Shown here: positions 48,098-58,473 of the stretch, in pieces
How positions within the stretch are numbered: position 1 is the stretch's first letter
How the letters are laid out: every line of letters starts with the position of its first letter
IMG/VR virus record: IMGVR_UViG_3300002460_000023
Span: 1 to 64,000 of that record
Reading direction: 5' to 3' (one strand)
Source of the DNA: an uncultured virus (IMG/VR IMGVR_UViG_3300002460_000023)
Taxonomy: Duplodnaviria > Heunggongvirae > Uroviricota > Caudoviricetes
DNA: 64,000 nt
The notes under the pieces: generated by a model
Told to the model about the DNA's origin: nothing
The model's database searches: none
The model's input: only the letters and a program-made list of their open reading frames with translations
Made by a program: the position numbers and the translations under genes

Positions 48098-51000
48098 TAG
48101 CTGCGCACTCCAGAGTCGTGCAAGAACCACTGCCCATTCTGAGACTCACTTCTCATGTAGCTCTTCATTGCCTGACCGCCGCCACGAGCCCGTAGCCACT
48201 CCTCAAAGCTGGCGGCATCTACAGCCTCAATGTAGTAGGTGTCACCACCACCAGAAGCCCGCCCGCCGTTCTGTATGCCTCGCAGGGTGTCCATGCCCAC
48301 ACGGGCCACTGTATCAGCATCCATCATAAACTCCCCGCGGTGAGCCATTATGGGGCCTGTGCGGCTAACCGGACCGCCAGAGGCCATACCCCCCTGCATC
48401 GGACGGAATATCGCATAAGCGCCGTCACGCTCGAATATACCCCGCACACCATTGTAGTCATGGATGCCGGTGCCTATCAACCCCTCAACCCAGGGGTTAC
48501 TAGAAATGTTGAACCTTTCAAGCCCCGCCGACGCCGGTGTAAACACAGGCGCTTGTATTGGTGCTGGAGTTGGGCTCGCAAAGGCCACAGGTGAAGGTGG
48601 CAGCGCCGGATGTGCGGCCGGGCTAGAACCAGCCATACCGCCCATAGCGTCTTTTCTAATGGCTTCCAGGATGGCCACGATGTTTTCCAGAGCCGTTAGT
48701 TCAGGTGACTTTTCTATAGCGGACTTACCACCCGCAGAAGGACTGAGAACAGTAGGTACACCCCCGAATATGCCTATCGGAGCAGTCGTGGGTGAACCAA
48801 ATAGCGCAGTAAGATCCGCCAGTTCGGGAATCTTCAAGCCACGAACGCTAGCAAGAGACTGACCTACCTGATTAGCCCCTTTTATCTTAGTGTCTTCAAA
48901 CTTGCCACCCGAAAGACCCATCTCTTTGCCAGCGTCATAAAGATGGACGTTAAACCCGCTTATAGCATATTTCAGTAGTTCATTTGCATCTGCTTCTGAC
49001 GCCACCCCAAACACACCAATCGGGTCTACTTGTGCTTGCCGTATTAGGGCCAAGAGCTGTGCTGCTCCCATACGATCCATCTGGCGTTTAACTTTCTCAA
49101 GCTTGTTTGGAGAATCGTTAAACAAGCTTCCAATAGCTGTTCCAATGATAGAACCACCAAACGCTCCAAGGGTGCTGCCAACACCCGGAATAGCCGACCC
49201 TATAAGGGCACCGAATCCACCGCCGATAGTACCACCGATAGTCCCCTCTTTGCCAGTACCAAGAAATACATCTGATAGGGCTCCAGTCATTGCTCCAATT
49301 CCGGCCCCCTTCATGAAGTCGCTGAAGCCCTTGGAGAAACCGTCACCGAACTTAGAACCCGCCTGTGAACCAACATCATCCAAAACCATGCCTGTCTCTC
49401 CAGGCAGTAGCTTGTCTGAATCAGGCTTGTTACCGGCAAACAGATTGCTGATGGCACCAGTCAACTTATCGAGGAAACCACGTCCGGTAAACTGCTGGAG
49501 TATAGCCTCAACTATCATTGCTGCCCCACCAACAATGGCAGACGCCAACGGCGAGGCCCCAAACAAGGTGAAAATACCAAACGCCGAAACGCCAACCCCT
49601 GTGTTCTTAAACACCCACTGCATGGCTTCCGTAATCTTGGTGGTCATGCTCTCGGGGAACAACTTCTTAGCCACATCGGCCGCCCAATTCAAGCCGATTG
49701 TTACGAGAATGCTTTCCAGAGGGCTTAGTCCAGCCGCTATAGCTACAAAGAACGGGAAAGCCAAATTGTCAAAGAGGCTAGTTACACGCTCAGTAACAGA
49801 CACCTCCATAGGCTTTGCGTCGCCCTTCTCGTTACCAGTCGAGATCATGTTCGCCAGCTTGTTCGTAAACGCTCTAATCGTTTCCCTGGCCAACAAATCG
49901 GTGATAACATCCTTGAAGCCTTCTTCTACGGCGTTGGCAAACCCACCGAAGAATCTCTTGATGCGATGGACAAATTCTGTCTGCTCGGCAAACTCGCCAA
50001 ACATTTGTTCCACAAGTTTGTTGATGGCCCCCAAGCCAGTAAATTGATTCTTACGTTTGTCAGTAAAGCCAAGCGTTGCGGCCTCCTCAAGTTTATCTGC
50101 CCATTGATCAGCATCGGGCACGCCACTTTGTTTGAATTCACGCAAGGCATCGCGCATGCCTTCCTGCCAATTAATGTTGTAAGCATGGATATAATCATCG
50201 ATAGCCTGCTCGGCATCATGGAACATCTTCTTGTCCGGGAATAGCAGATCCGTGAAGTTCTTGGAAAGGCTCGTCTGTAGCTGTGTGGCAAAACTTTCAC
50301 CTGCTTCCGACAGGGAAGCGTAGATATCGGGTACCTGGTTGACAACAGTGAGCATACCGGCGATGAAGGCTCTAGCCCCCTGGATGCTGGCATTAAAGAA
50401 CTTTGCAATGGCCCCTTCCCCGACAGAGCTCTGAAATTTCGTGTCCGCCGCCTCTATCTCCTCACGAACCTTATCCATCTCCTTACCGATACCGGCCATA
50501 GCTACCTTAATTTCTTGCCAAATCTGATCTATCCCTTTAGCGGCATCACCCTTGGTCAGCAAGTCCAAAGCCGTGGTTAGAGACTGGAAATGAGGCAACA
50601 GGCTTTCTTGCAGGGTATCACCCAAAGCCTCCCAGCCCTCGCCCATATCGCCAACGAAGGCTCGGATCATCGGTAGGGTATTCTGCATGTCGGTTTGGAC
50701 GGCTATCGTGATATTCTTCATTGCCTCGCGCAGCCGCGTCCCAATAGCCTCACTAGCCGAGTCGGCGCTAACCGTGCTTTCATCAATCTGAAGCTTCATT
50801 CCTTTCAAAGCGGCAATGGCACCGTTTGTATTCTCCACAAACTCAGGCCCAAAGCCCAACTTTTCAGAGAACCAAGGAACGCTGGCTAGTTTGATAAACT
50901 GCTCGTGCATCCACACCAACCCATCAATCAAAACGTTGATACCGCTCTTAAGGTCATTAATGAGATCGCCCATAATGGCGTTCCCAAGATCGCTCAGTGC

Positions 51001-52491
51001 GGCGTCAATCATGGTGACAATTTCAACCAAACCCCTGCCAAGCACGGAAACCAAAGCCGCTATCAGCGCCAAGCCAGCCGTCGTAGCCGCCTTCACAAAG
51101 GTGTTCGTCAGTAGGTCCCCAAACAAGCCAAAGACGCCACCCTCAAACATGTCCTTAGGCGTTGACAGAAGAGCCTTTATCGTCAGCCAGATAGATGCAG
51201 CAAACTTGGCTATGTCAGAACCAAGCAGCTTGACAATGCCCCACAGACGCGCCAGAATGGGGATGAGACCCTCTGACTCCTTAGCCCAACGGCTCAAGCC
51301 AGAGACCAGGGGTATAAGCGTCTGCCTCACCAGCCTTGTCAAGCGGCCAATCAAGCTGTTCTCACCGCCTGCGGTGCCCAGCGTTATAAGAAGCTGATCC
51401 CACGCGCTCTTTAGGATCATAACGCTACCGACAAGGCTATCCAGACGCTGCTGAGCTATCTTCTGGACAGTGCCGGTAACATCCTCAAGGGCTTTACCAT
51501 ACTTTCGCATAGTTTCAGCCATCGTCTGTGCCGCTGCCTGTGCCACCCGGCCGCCGCGCATCCCAAAGATGTCCAGAGCGGCCCCTGGATACCTCTTAAG
51601 GGCAACCCCTAGCTGGGCCAACGTGTCGGTAAGCGTCTGTGTACCATCAGCAAAGGACCTGAAGTCTATACCCAACCGGAACATCAAACGTGAGGCTTCC
51701 TTGGAAGGCGCCAACAGCGTGCTGATAACACGCTGGAAGCCCACCCCCGCTTGGCTCGCCCTGATACCGGCGTTGGCAACAGCCGTGAACAGCTTCACCA
51801 TTTCTTCCAGCGGTATGTTAATACCTTCAGCCGCTGCACCGGCAAATCGGATTGACTCCGCCAACTGGTGAACACTCACGTTGGCTATAATACTAGCCTG
51901 TGCAAGCAAGTCGGCAACGTAGGTCGCCTTCTCTACACCCATTTGGAACTGACCCAACGTGTCAATAACAATCGTAGCCGCCTCGTCCATAGTCAGCATT
52001 TCTGCTGAAGCTAGGTCGAGAACGGCCCCGATGGAAGCCAACTGCTGTTCGGCCGTAAAACCGGCCCTTGCTAGAGTTTCAAAGCCCTTAGCCGCTTCTG
52101 TTGCGGTGAAAATCGTAGTTTCACCCAGATGCTCAGCCATCTTAGTCATTTCAGCAAACTGCTTGTTCGTTACTTCATCCATAACAGCACGGACTTGCTG
52201 CATTCCGTGCTCAAAAGCACCAGCGGCGTGAACAACCGCCATGAAGCCAGCAGCCAGCGCCCCCACCGAGGCAAACCCTGCTATGAAGCTACCCCAACCG
52301 ATAATGAACCCGGCGACGCGGGCCGAGAGCCTTACCAGTGAACCAATTATACTCGTTATAGCGCCACCGAAGCCTCGGAGCAGTGTGGTCGCAGTCAATC
52401 GGGCGATTGTACCCAGGGCCATAAACGTGGCCTTGACTCCCTGGAAGCCCCTCACGCCAAGCGTGACCATCAAGCTGCCGACTGCGCCCAT
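48097..52491 (-). CDS. Tape measure protein (TP901-type core)
   Basis: 1464 aa; FTATEAAKGFETLARAGF, VLDLA, NAGIRASQAG; C-terminal MASGGPV...AHRGEFMM. Confidence 0.95.
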   Translation of the reverse strand: MGAVGSLMVTLGVRGFQGVKATFMALGTIARLTATTLLRGFGGAITSIIGSLVRLSARVAGFIIGWGSFIAGFASVGALAAGFMAVVHAAGAFEHGMQQVRAVMDEVTNKQFAEMTKMAEHLGETTIFTATEAAKGFETLARAGFTAEQQLASIGAVLDLASAEMLTMDEAATIVIDTLGQFQMGVEKATYVADLLAQASIIANVSVHQLAESIRFAGAAAEGINIPLEEMVKLFTAVANAGIRASQAGVGFQRVISTLLAPSKEASRLMFRLGIDFRSFADGTQTLTDTLAQLGVALKRYPGAALDIFGMRGGRVAQAAAQTMAETMRKYGKALEDVTGTVQKIAQQRLDSLVGSVMILKSAWDQLLITLGTAGGENSLIGRLTRLVRQTLIPLVSGLSRWAKESEGLIPILARLWGIVKLLGSDIAKFAASIWLTIKALLSTPKDMFEGGVFGLFGDLLTNTFVKAATTAGLALIAALVSVLGRGLVEIVTMIDAALSDLGNAIMGDLINDLKSGINVLIDGLVWMHEQFIKLASVPWFSEKLGFGPEFVENTNGAIAALKGMKLQIDESTVSADSASEAIGTRLREAMKNITIAVQTDMQNTLPMIRAFVGDMGEGWEALGDTLQESLLPHFQSLTTALDLLTKGDAAKGIDQIWQEIKVAMAGIGKEMDKVREEIEAADTKFQSSVGEGAIAKFFNASIQGARAFIAGMLTVVNQVPDIYASLSEAGESFATQLQTSLSKNFTDLLFPDKKMFHDAEQAIDDYIHAYNINWQEGMRDALREFKQSGVPDADQWADKLEEAATLGFTDKRKNQFTGLGAINKLVEQMFGEFAEQTEFVHRIKRFFGGFANAVEEGFKDVITDLLARETIRAFTNKLANMISTGNEKGDAKPMEVSVTERVTSLFDNLAFPFFVAIAAGLSPLESILVTIGLNWAADVAKKLFPESMTTKITEAMQWVFKNTGVGVSAFGIFTLFGASPLASAIVGGAAMIVEAILQQFTGRGFLDKLTGAISNLFAGNKPDSDKLLPGETGMVLDDVGSQAGSKFGDGFSKGFSDFMKGAGIGAMTGALSDVFLGTGKEGTIGGTIGGGFGALIGSAIPGVGSTLGAFGGSIIGTAIGSLFNDSPNKLEKVKRQMDRMGAAQLLALIRQAQVDPIGVFGVASEADANELLKYAISGFNVHLYDAGKEMGLSGGKFEDTKIKGANQVGQSLASVRGLKIPELADLTALFGSPTTAPIGIFGGVPTVLSPSAGGKSAIEKSPELTALENIVAILEAIRKDAMGGMAGSSPAAHPALPPSPVAFASPTPAPIQAPVFTPASAGLERFNISSNPWVEGLIGTGIHDYNGVRGIFERDGAYAIFRPMQGGMASGGPVSRTGPIMAHRGEFMMDADTVARVGMDTLRGIQNGGRASGGGDTYYIEAVDAASFEEWLRARGGGQAMKSYMRSESQNGQWFLHDSGVRS

Positions 52492-52510
52492 TTTGCTCCG
52501 AGGCTCCTAT

Positions 52511-52945
52511 TTACCTTCTACTTGCGTTACTCCAGCTTCGCGGCGGTTGTGGAGCTGGCGGGGCATTGCCTGACCTTGCACTCGCTTCCCTGATCATCTG
52601 GCTAAGCTCACCGTGTATTACTTCAAAGCCCTGCACCACCACGAAGTATTCCTGCATAAACTTGTCAGCGTGTGGCCAGGAGAGCCGCTCTATCGTTGCC
52701 CCGCCAAAGCCCGTTGACCTTATCGCGTGCGAGTTACGGAACAACCAGAGAAGCCAACGGGTTCTACCGGTAAGGTAACTCTCGGGGCACATGTGGACAC
52801 TGTAAGGCCCCGCAAAGTGTGGCGGGTTCATCTTCTTGTGAAACCGCCCGTGACAGTTCCGCCCACGGTAGAGCTTCTCTTGTATACAATGCGAGCAAGG
52901 CCAGAACTCTCCGCCTAGGACCCAACGAGTGCCAACCTTAAATTT
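52511..52945 (-). CDS. Tail assembly chaperone frameshift extension (gpT-like)
   Basis: -1 frame open from the slippery site through MNPPHF to the stop at 52511. Confidence 0.7.
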   Translation of the reverse strand, partial: KFKVGTRWVLGGEFWPCSHCIQEKLYRGRNCHGRFHKKMNPPHFAGPYSVHMCPESYLTGRTRWLLWLFRNSHAIRSTGFGGATIERLSWPHADKFMQEYFVVVQGFEVIHGELSQMIREASARSGNAPPAPQPPRSWSNASRR

Positions 52946-53352
52946 CGGACGTCCCCAGCCGTCAGCACGCTCCAGTTGGCAATAGCCCGGCCGGTCTCGA
53001 TGATCAGGTCCTTATAGGGCGTACCCCAGAGCTCGCTGCCGGTGGCAATGTCCTCCCCGTTGAACTTCAGATTCTTGACACCCACGATGCCGCCGATGAT
53101 CTGTTGCTTGGTGATTTCCAGGTTGTTCTCATCATCAGACGGCATATCGTCCTCAGACACACCGCGCGGTTGCTTGAGCTGGAAGGCCCGGCGACTCCAC
53201 TCTTCAGAGTCCTGCATGGTGACACACTGAAGACGCATTGTGACTGGGTTAGCGTCAAGCCCCAGCTTGTAGTTGCTCCGCTGCTTCTCCCACGTCGGAA
53301 TGAAGTCGATGCACAACCCGTCAGACTGTTTCTCGACCTTGTAGTCGTACAT
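52915..53352 (-). CDS. Tail assembly chaperone (gpG-like)
   Basis: Between tube and TMP; SD AGGGGG before MYDY; slippery A AAT TTA near the 3' end. Confidence 0.8.
   Translation of the reverse strand: MYDYKVEKQSDGLCIDFIPTWEKQRSNYKLGLDANPVTMRLQCVTMQDSEEWSRRAFQLKQPRGVSEDDMPSDDENNLEITKQQIIGGIVGVKNLKFNGEDIATGSELWGTPYKDLIIETGRAIANWSVLTAGDVRNLRLALVGS
52939..52945 (-). other. Programmed -1 ribosomal frameshift heptamer A-AAT-TTA
   Basis: X XXY YYZ in the correct phase (CGA AAT TTA). Confidence 0.8.
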
Positions 53353-53406
53353 GTTCAACCCCCCTAACGGAGACGCAAATCGTGGACTCCTCCTGAACAT
53401 TTGTTT

Positions 53407-53460
53407 TATGAAGCAGGACGCCAGGAACGTCTTTTCGGTGATCAGCCTAGCCTCATAGAC
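53407..53460 (-). ncRNA. Three-way-junction RNA motif, copy B
   Basis: TATGAGGC-TA-GG(ctgatca)CC-GAAAA-GACGT(tcctg)GCGTC-CT-GCTTCATA. Confidence 0.7.
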
Positions 53461-53475
53461 TTAATACCAAGTAGT

Positions 53476-54633
53476 TCAAAATAGCTCTACGGTTATGTCG
53501 TTCTGCCCCGCGCTTGTGCTGAGCGCCCGACCAGAGGCCGACAACGTAACTTCTCCCTCAGCCCCCGGGTCCGTGATAGCGGGCACGTCCAACTCGCCCT
53601 GGTCCATCAGCACACGCAAACGCTTGGCCGCCGTATCCCCAGCCAACATCGTGATGTCCTGAGCGAGGAACCGTGCCGCCTCGCCAAAGATGTAGAAATT
53701 AGCTCTGGTGAGGTACAGCTCCAGCGTGAGGGACACTTCCCTCCGGCGATCCAGGATGATGGCCGTAGGCGTAGACTGGCCATATTCGTCATCCCGAAGC
53801 TGGAGGTTGTTGTTCAGCGTAACGGACGCCGAGATTATCGTAACCGCCACGGCGTTCGTCGTGAAGGAACCGGTAATGCCGTGCAGCGAATCTCCAACCG
53901 TGGTAACCGTCGGGGCAAAGGCGGTAACCGTCACACCGCTGGCAACCGTTGTCCGCAATGCCGGGGTGATGTGAATGGTCCCGTTGCTGCTGATCGACAG
54001 GATCTTGTAGCCCGTTGTGGCCGTAGAATCTCCAACCTGGATCAGAATGTCCTGGCTGAAGAAGTCGGCATCGGCGATTTTGATGTTCGTCACGTCCTTG
54101 TTCGCTGTTGCCGACAGAGTTGTCGTACCACCCTGCACGAAGCTCTTGCCAGGACCGCTGAACTCCACCGTGCTGAAGTCCGAGCCAGACATGTTCAGCA
54201 CCATCTGGTTACACGCCGCCCCGTAAACACCCTGTACGAAGTGCGCAGCGTGCTTCCAGATGCTCAGGCTGGGCAGATCATCGTCATCGGGGGTATACTG
54301 CACGGTACTGGTCAAACCGGCCGTAGCGTCCCCCATTGCGGCTTGGTAGAAGTCGGCCATGTCGGGGGCCGTACCAGCCACACCCGAAGGGGTTATGTAG
54401 CCACGGACACGCCAGTCCGCGCTCTTACGCCCGGAGAACCGGTTGTTCTGAAACGACCGGATACCGGTGGTATCGTCTCGCTGCAACCTTTCTTGTGCCG
54501 GGGTCAGCTCGATTTCCAGAGCTGAAAAGGAACCTGAAGTCGCAGGCATGACCGGAGTACCGTACGTCACCTCCGGCATAACCCAGCTCTTCCGATTCCA
54601 TCCAAACGAGCGGTTCGGTACGAAGACAGGCAT
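53476..54633 (-). CDS. Major tail tube protein
   Basis: EVTYGT, YGAACNQMVL, SASVTLNNNL, RREVSLTLEL; position before chaperone and TMP. Confidence 0.85.
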   Translation of the reverse strand: MPVFVPNRSFGWNRKSWVMPEVTYGTPVMPATSGSFSALEIELTPAQERLQRDDTTGIRSFQNNRFSGRKSADWRVRGYITPSGVAGTAPDMADFYQAAMGDATAGLTSTVQYTPDDDDLPSLSIWKHAAHFVQGVYGAACNQMVLNMSGSDFSTVEFSGPGKSFVQGGTTTLSATANKDVTNIKIADADFFSQDILIQVGDSTATTGYKILSISSNGTIHITPALRTTVASGVTVTAFAPTVTTVGDSLHGITGSFTTNAVAVTIISASVTLNNNLQLRDDEYGQSTPTAIILDRRREVSLTLELYLTRANFYIFGEAARFLAQDITMLAGDTAAKRLRVLMDQGELDVPAITDPGAEGEVTLSASGRALSTSAGQNDITVELF

Positions 54634-54634
54634 T

Positions 54635-54772
54635 TCAGGTTATCTCCTGACCCCCCAGGATTTTTGCCCTGTTTCTCATGCGACTATGTACAGTAGGATG
54701 ACACACCACACAAATAGACTCTAGGTTTACTGCTCTGTCATCGTGCTTATTGCCATTGATGTGGTGCACATG
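54635..54772 (-). pseudogene. HNH endonuclease core remnant
   Basis: Hand translation HVHHINGNKHDDRAVNLESICVVCHPTVH... in frame directly after the TAG of 54773..55036. Confidence 0.7.
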
Positions 54773-55036
54773 CTACTTCGTGGGTGCCTTCCTCTTTGCT
54801 ACTGCGGGCTCGGGTGGTTCAGAGGGCGGGGCGGCTGGTCGCTGCCCCGGCGTCTTGTCGATCCACATGATCTCCGGTTCCCCGCGACGCATCATCATGC
54901 CGTTCATCGCCAGCAGTTGCCCGGCCGTTGCCTGATCTACCATCACTTCCTGACCGTGCTGGACCCGTGCTACTCCCTGTTCCGCCTGCACGTTCCTTGT
55001 CGCTTTGCCCATGTACTGCAGGATCATCTTCGCCAC
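54773..55036 (-). CDS. Small hypothetical virion-module protein
   Basis: SD AAGGAGG before GTG. Confidence 0.65.
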   Translation of the reverse strand: MAKMILQYMGKATRNVQAEQGVARVQHGQEVMVDQATAGQLLAMNGMMMRRGEPEIMWIDKTPGQRPAAPPSEPPEPAVAKRKAPTK

Positions 55037-57425
55037 TCTGACTCACCTCCTTCAGCTCCATGATTTCGTAGATTCTACGCATTTCTTCTTCGTGGTTGTG
55101 GTATCGCTCTACAAACGCCCGGTACTGGTCACTGCGAACAGGCGTTTCACTGATGAGGCTGACAGCATCTGCTATGGTATCAAACACAACAGGCAAGTCC
55201 GCAAAGTCCTCCTGGCCTTCATAAATTTCACGGGCTCCAGGCCAAGCGTGCACCACAGGCTTGATACCCTTTGCCATCGCCTCAACTACGCTGTAGGGAC
55301 TACCTTCACAGATAGAGCAGTTGAGCACCTGCCCAATCTTGTGCTTGTCCAACGCCGCGTTTACATCTGTCTGCCAACCAACCCAACGAATGTTGTTGCG
55401 CAGGCCCATCTGCTCTACCATGTTCATCGCATATTCTTCAAGCTCTTGCCCCTGCCAACGTCCCATAACGGTCAGGGTGTACTTACTGTCCAACCGTACC
55501 AGTTCCAACAGAATCTGTAACAGCATCGGGATACCTTTCTTCCAGTTCAGGTATCCAATGTACACCAGATTATAGCGGTCATCTTTCCGCTGCTGGAAGT
55601 CCCACCGGTCTAGCTGAACACTGGAAGGAATTACATGCTCCTGACAGTTTCCAGTGATGTTACCAAAGCGGTGAGCCGCCTGCCGGATATGCTCGCTAGT
55701 GAAGATGATGTGGTCAACCTTCTTGAAGTCAACAGCCTGTAGCATCCCTTGGTAGGGTTCGTACCGGTGCACACGGCAGATAACACCAGCGTCAGGGTTC
55801 TGGCGAGTGGCCTTCACAAGGTTAGCGTCACCCCATTCGAAGAACAGCCAGTCAGCCCCACCAACAAACCGACTGTCGAAAGACTTGTATACTTCTACTT
55901 GGTGACCCCGTGCCACAAAGGCATTGATGATGGGTCCGCTGAAACTGCCAATAGCGTCGAACACGATGATGTTCGCACCGTTGGCCGCTTTCCTAGCGAG
56001 CACCCGGGCTTCAGCCAACCGCCAGAGGGCATGCGCCTCAGCATCTTGCGGCAGGTATTCCAGCCAGCGCTCCGCAGCAGAAAGGGTCTGCTCCCAGTTC
56101 TTCTGCTTCTCGTATAGCTGAGCAAGAAGCTTCCACGGGAGCCAAGTGTAGCACTCCTTCCGGATCGTTAGAATCGTGCTGGTAGGCAACTTCACGCTGA
56201 TCGCCTGTTTGAACCAGTGCTCTGCCTCCAGGAGGTCTTCACGGGCCTCTGCGATTTGACCCAACGAAATCAGCGTCTCCGCACGATACCAGCAGAGTTT
56301 TCTGGCTTCGTGTAGACAAACCAGCACACGCTCCACGACAACAGACTCTTCTTCCCCCCGCTGTGCCCCAAGAGACATTTCCAGTGTGGCCAACTGCTGC
56401 CAACAGTGATACTTGTAAGCCAGCGTTGGCGTTATCTTCGCCAGGTACAGGTACCACGCCTTGGCTGTTTCATACTCGTGGTGGTCCATGTAAGTGTTAG
56501 CAAGGTAGTAGGATGCCCGTTCGTCGAAGGGGTCCCGACCCAGCATCTGCAAGAGGTTAGCGGTATTCATTGTACCCCGCTGCACCGCCCGCTCCTGCTC
56601 CCGCGCCTCTGGCATCATGTGATAGAAGCGAATGACCGGGGCAAACACTGAAACGTTAGCAGCACCAACAAGCTGATGGTGCGTGTCATACCGGTAGAAA
56701 TGGTCCTGAATGTTCCTAAAGAGCCTGGGCTGTGTGAACACCATCCCTTGTTCTTCTTCGCTCTTCGGGTTCATCACAGTGGCCGCCATAACCACCGAGT
56801 AGGGAGCAGGCTCCTCACCCTTCTTGTGGTTTACGGCCCCCTCGGTGTAAACACGTATGAAGGGCAGGCTCGCGTTGTCAAGCTCCTCGTGCCCATCCAG
56901 GATCAGAATCCACTGGCCACGAACCTTGCGCTTGGCATTGTTACGCGCCCAAGCGAAGTCGTTCCGCCACTTGAAGCGAAAAACTACATCGCCAGCCACC
57001 AGCGCGACCTTCTCAGTGTCATCGGTACAACTATCATCCACGCCAATGACAACTTCGTCAACAACTTCACGGACGCTTTCTATGGACCGCGCCAGCGTGC
57101 GTCCTTCATTCTTGACAATCATCATCAAGGTAATGAAGGGGGCCACAATAGGCGTGTCCTTGAGAACCTCTCCCTCAAAAGGTAGAGGCCAGAACTTCAT
57201 ACCGTCGTAGTCAACCTTTGGCCGGGGATCATCGGCATCCAGCTCAGGCTGGAAACGCGGCCGGAGCTCATTGTAACGAGCAAGGTCTGCTTCTTGCGTT
57301 ACAAGTTCGCCTGCAAGAAACCTCTTGTGGAGCTGTGAATACTCCACACACTCTTGCGGCAGCGCCACCGCAAGGTCAGCCTTCTGCTCTTCAGCCCCTT
57401 CGTCCTGCTCAATCTCTTCGGACAC
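54819..57425 (-). CDS. Multidomain glycosyltransferase: GT2 (GT-A) + TPR + GT4-like (GT-B)
   Basis: MIVKNE...SCTDDT...WRNDFAWARN...WILILDGHE; TPR helices; IGYLNWKKG, EGSPYSVVEAMAKG. Confidence 0.9.
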   Translation of the reverse strand: MSEEIEQDEGAEEQKADLAVALPQECVEYSQLHKRFLAGELVTQEADLARYNELRPRFQPELDADDPRPKVDYDGMKFWPLPFEGEVLKDTPIVAPFITLMMIVKNEGRTLARSIESVREVVDEVVIGVDDSCTDDTEKVALVAGDVVFRFKWRNDFAWARNNAKRKVRGQWILILDGHEELDNASLPFIRVYTEGAVNHKKGEEPAPYSVVMAATVMNPKSEEEQGMVFTQPRLFRNIQDHFYRYDTHHQLVGAANVSVFAPVIRFYHMMPEAREQERAVQRGTMNTANLLQMLGRDPFDERASYYLANTYMDHHEYETAKAWYLYLAKITPTLAYKYHCWQQLATLEMSLGAQRGEEESVVVERVLVCLHEARKLCWYRAETLISLGQIAEAREDLLEAEHWFKQAISVKLPTSTILTIRKECYTWLPWKLLAQLYEKQKNWEQTLSAAERWLEYLPQDAEAHALWRLAEARVLARKAANGANIIVFDAIGSFSGPIINAFVARGHQVEVYKSFDSRFVGGADWLFFEWGDANLVKATRQNPDAGVICRVHRYEPYQGMLQAVDFKKVDHIIFTSEHIRQAAHRFGNITGNCQEHVIPSSVQLDRWDFQQRKDDRYNLVYIGYLNWKKGIPMLLQILLELVRLDSKYTLTVMGRWQGQELEEYAMNMVEQMGLRNNIRWVGWQTDVNAALDKHKIGQVLNCSICEGSPYSVVEAMAKGIKPVVHAWPGAREIYEGQEDFADLPVVFDTIADAVSLISETPVRSDQYRAFVERYHNHEEEMRRIYEIMELKEVSQSGEDDPAVHGQSDKERAGGTGSSTGPARSGSDGRSGNGRATAGDERHDDASRGTGDHVDRQDAGAATSRPAL

Positions 57426-57445
57426 CTTTGTGACCCCCCTACGTG

Positions 57446-57904
57446 TTAGACGTCAGAACTCTCGTGCATTGTTACTTCAAGCACGATTTCCACGGTACGC
57501 AGTTCCTGTTTCAGATTACCCACTATATCTGTTGAAATGATACGGAAGCTGCCGCAGAGGTTGTTAAGGCTCAAGTCCTTTACCCCGGCAGAGCGGTGTG
57601 TACAGATAGCCTTCTTCATGTCTGCCATGAAGAGCAAAGCTCTCTCGTTGGGGTGCTTTGTATCCTTGGTGTAACCCCACAACAGGAGTGTCCAGGCGCC
57701 CGTCCTATCTTGGTTGCCTATCTGCCCACCAGCGAAACGGTCGGTATCGATGAGAATGTAAACAACTGGAAAGTGATTGTGGTCTGTTGGCAGCTCAAAC
57801 TTCTTCCAATGAACTTCCTTCACCACTTCCGTGTAGGACCCGGTGCCGTCAATCTCTTCGAGCCGCAGCTCCAACTCGTCCAGTATGGCAGTGTGAACGC
57901 TCAC
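57446..57904 (-). CDS. Tail terminator / head-tail joining protein
   Basis: Position; FPVVYI and LNNLC patterns. Confidence 0.6.
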   Translation of the reverse strand: MSVHTAILDELELRLEEIDGTGSYTEVVKEVHWKKFELPTDHNHFPVVYILIDTDRFAGGQIGNQDRTGAWTLLLWGYTKDTKHPNERALLFMADMKKAICTHRSAGVKDLSLNNLCGSFRIISTDIVGNLKQELRTVEIVLEVTMHESSDV

Positions 57905-58473
57905 TTGGATAAGCTCGAAACAACGGTGCGGCCGTACACAGCAGCGAGAGTAGCATCAATGGATGCTTTGTTATCTTGCAAAGCCGGGCCTAGGAAGGGC
58001 CGCTTGGGCATGCGTACTTGCTTCACAAGAAGGAAGACAGGCTCACCCGTTTCCCCGTCGATGACAACATACCCGCTACCCGACGGCTGCACAAAGCTGT
58101 TGGTGAGCTCCCTAGGGCTCCTGTAGCCATCTTTGAGGGGTATTGCCAAATAGCTCTGATGCCTAGGGCGGATAACACCACCCTTTTCGTGAATTGCAGC
58201 GTACTTGGAATCCGCGATAACTTCAGCGATCATTCCAGTCGCTGTCATTCGTGGCGGGGGTGTTCTCAGACTGTTGTAAAGCCTTTTTGTAATGACATCT
58301 AGCCGTGTCGGTCTGGGCCCCCGCAGATACCGATGCCGAGCCGTGTAGACAACCTTCTTTTGAATAGCCACTAGGGCAAAAAACATGTTAGCACGAAGCC
58401 TTACATCCAGCAGCTTCACAAGAGAAGCGTACTGGGGGCCAACCAGATTGCCCCTGATAGTGAGCGTCAGCAC
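57901..58473 (-). CDS. HK97 gp10-like / virion morphogenesis protein
   Basis: TKRLYNS, KYAAIHEKGG, MPKRPFLGPA. Confidence 0.75.
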   Translation of the reverse strand: MLTLTIRGNLVGPQYASLVKLLDVRLRANMFFALVAIQKKVVYTARHRYLRGPRPTRLDVITKRLYNSLRTPPPRMTATGMIAEVIADSKYAAIHEKGGVIRPRHQSYLAIPLKDGYRSPRELTNSFVQPSGSGYVVIDGETGEPVFLLVKQVRMPKRPFLGPALQDNKASIDATLAAVYGRTVVSSLSK

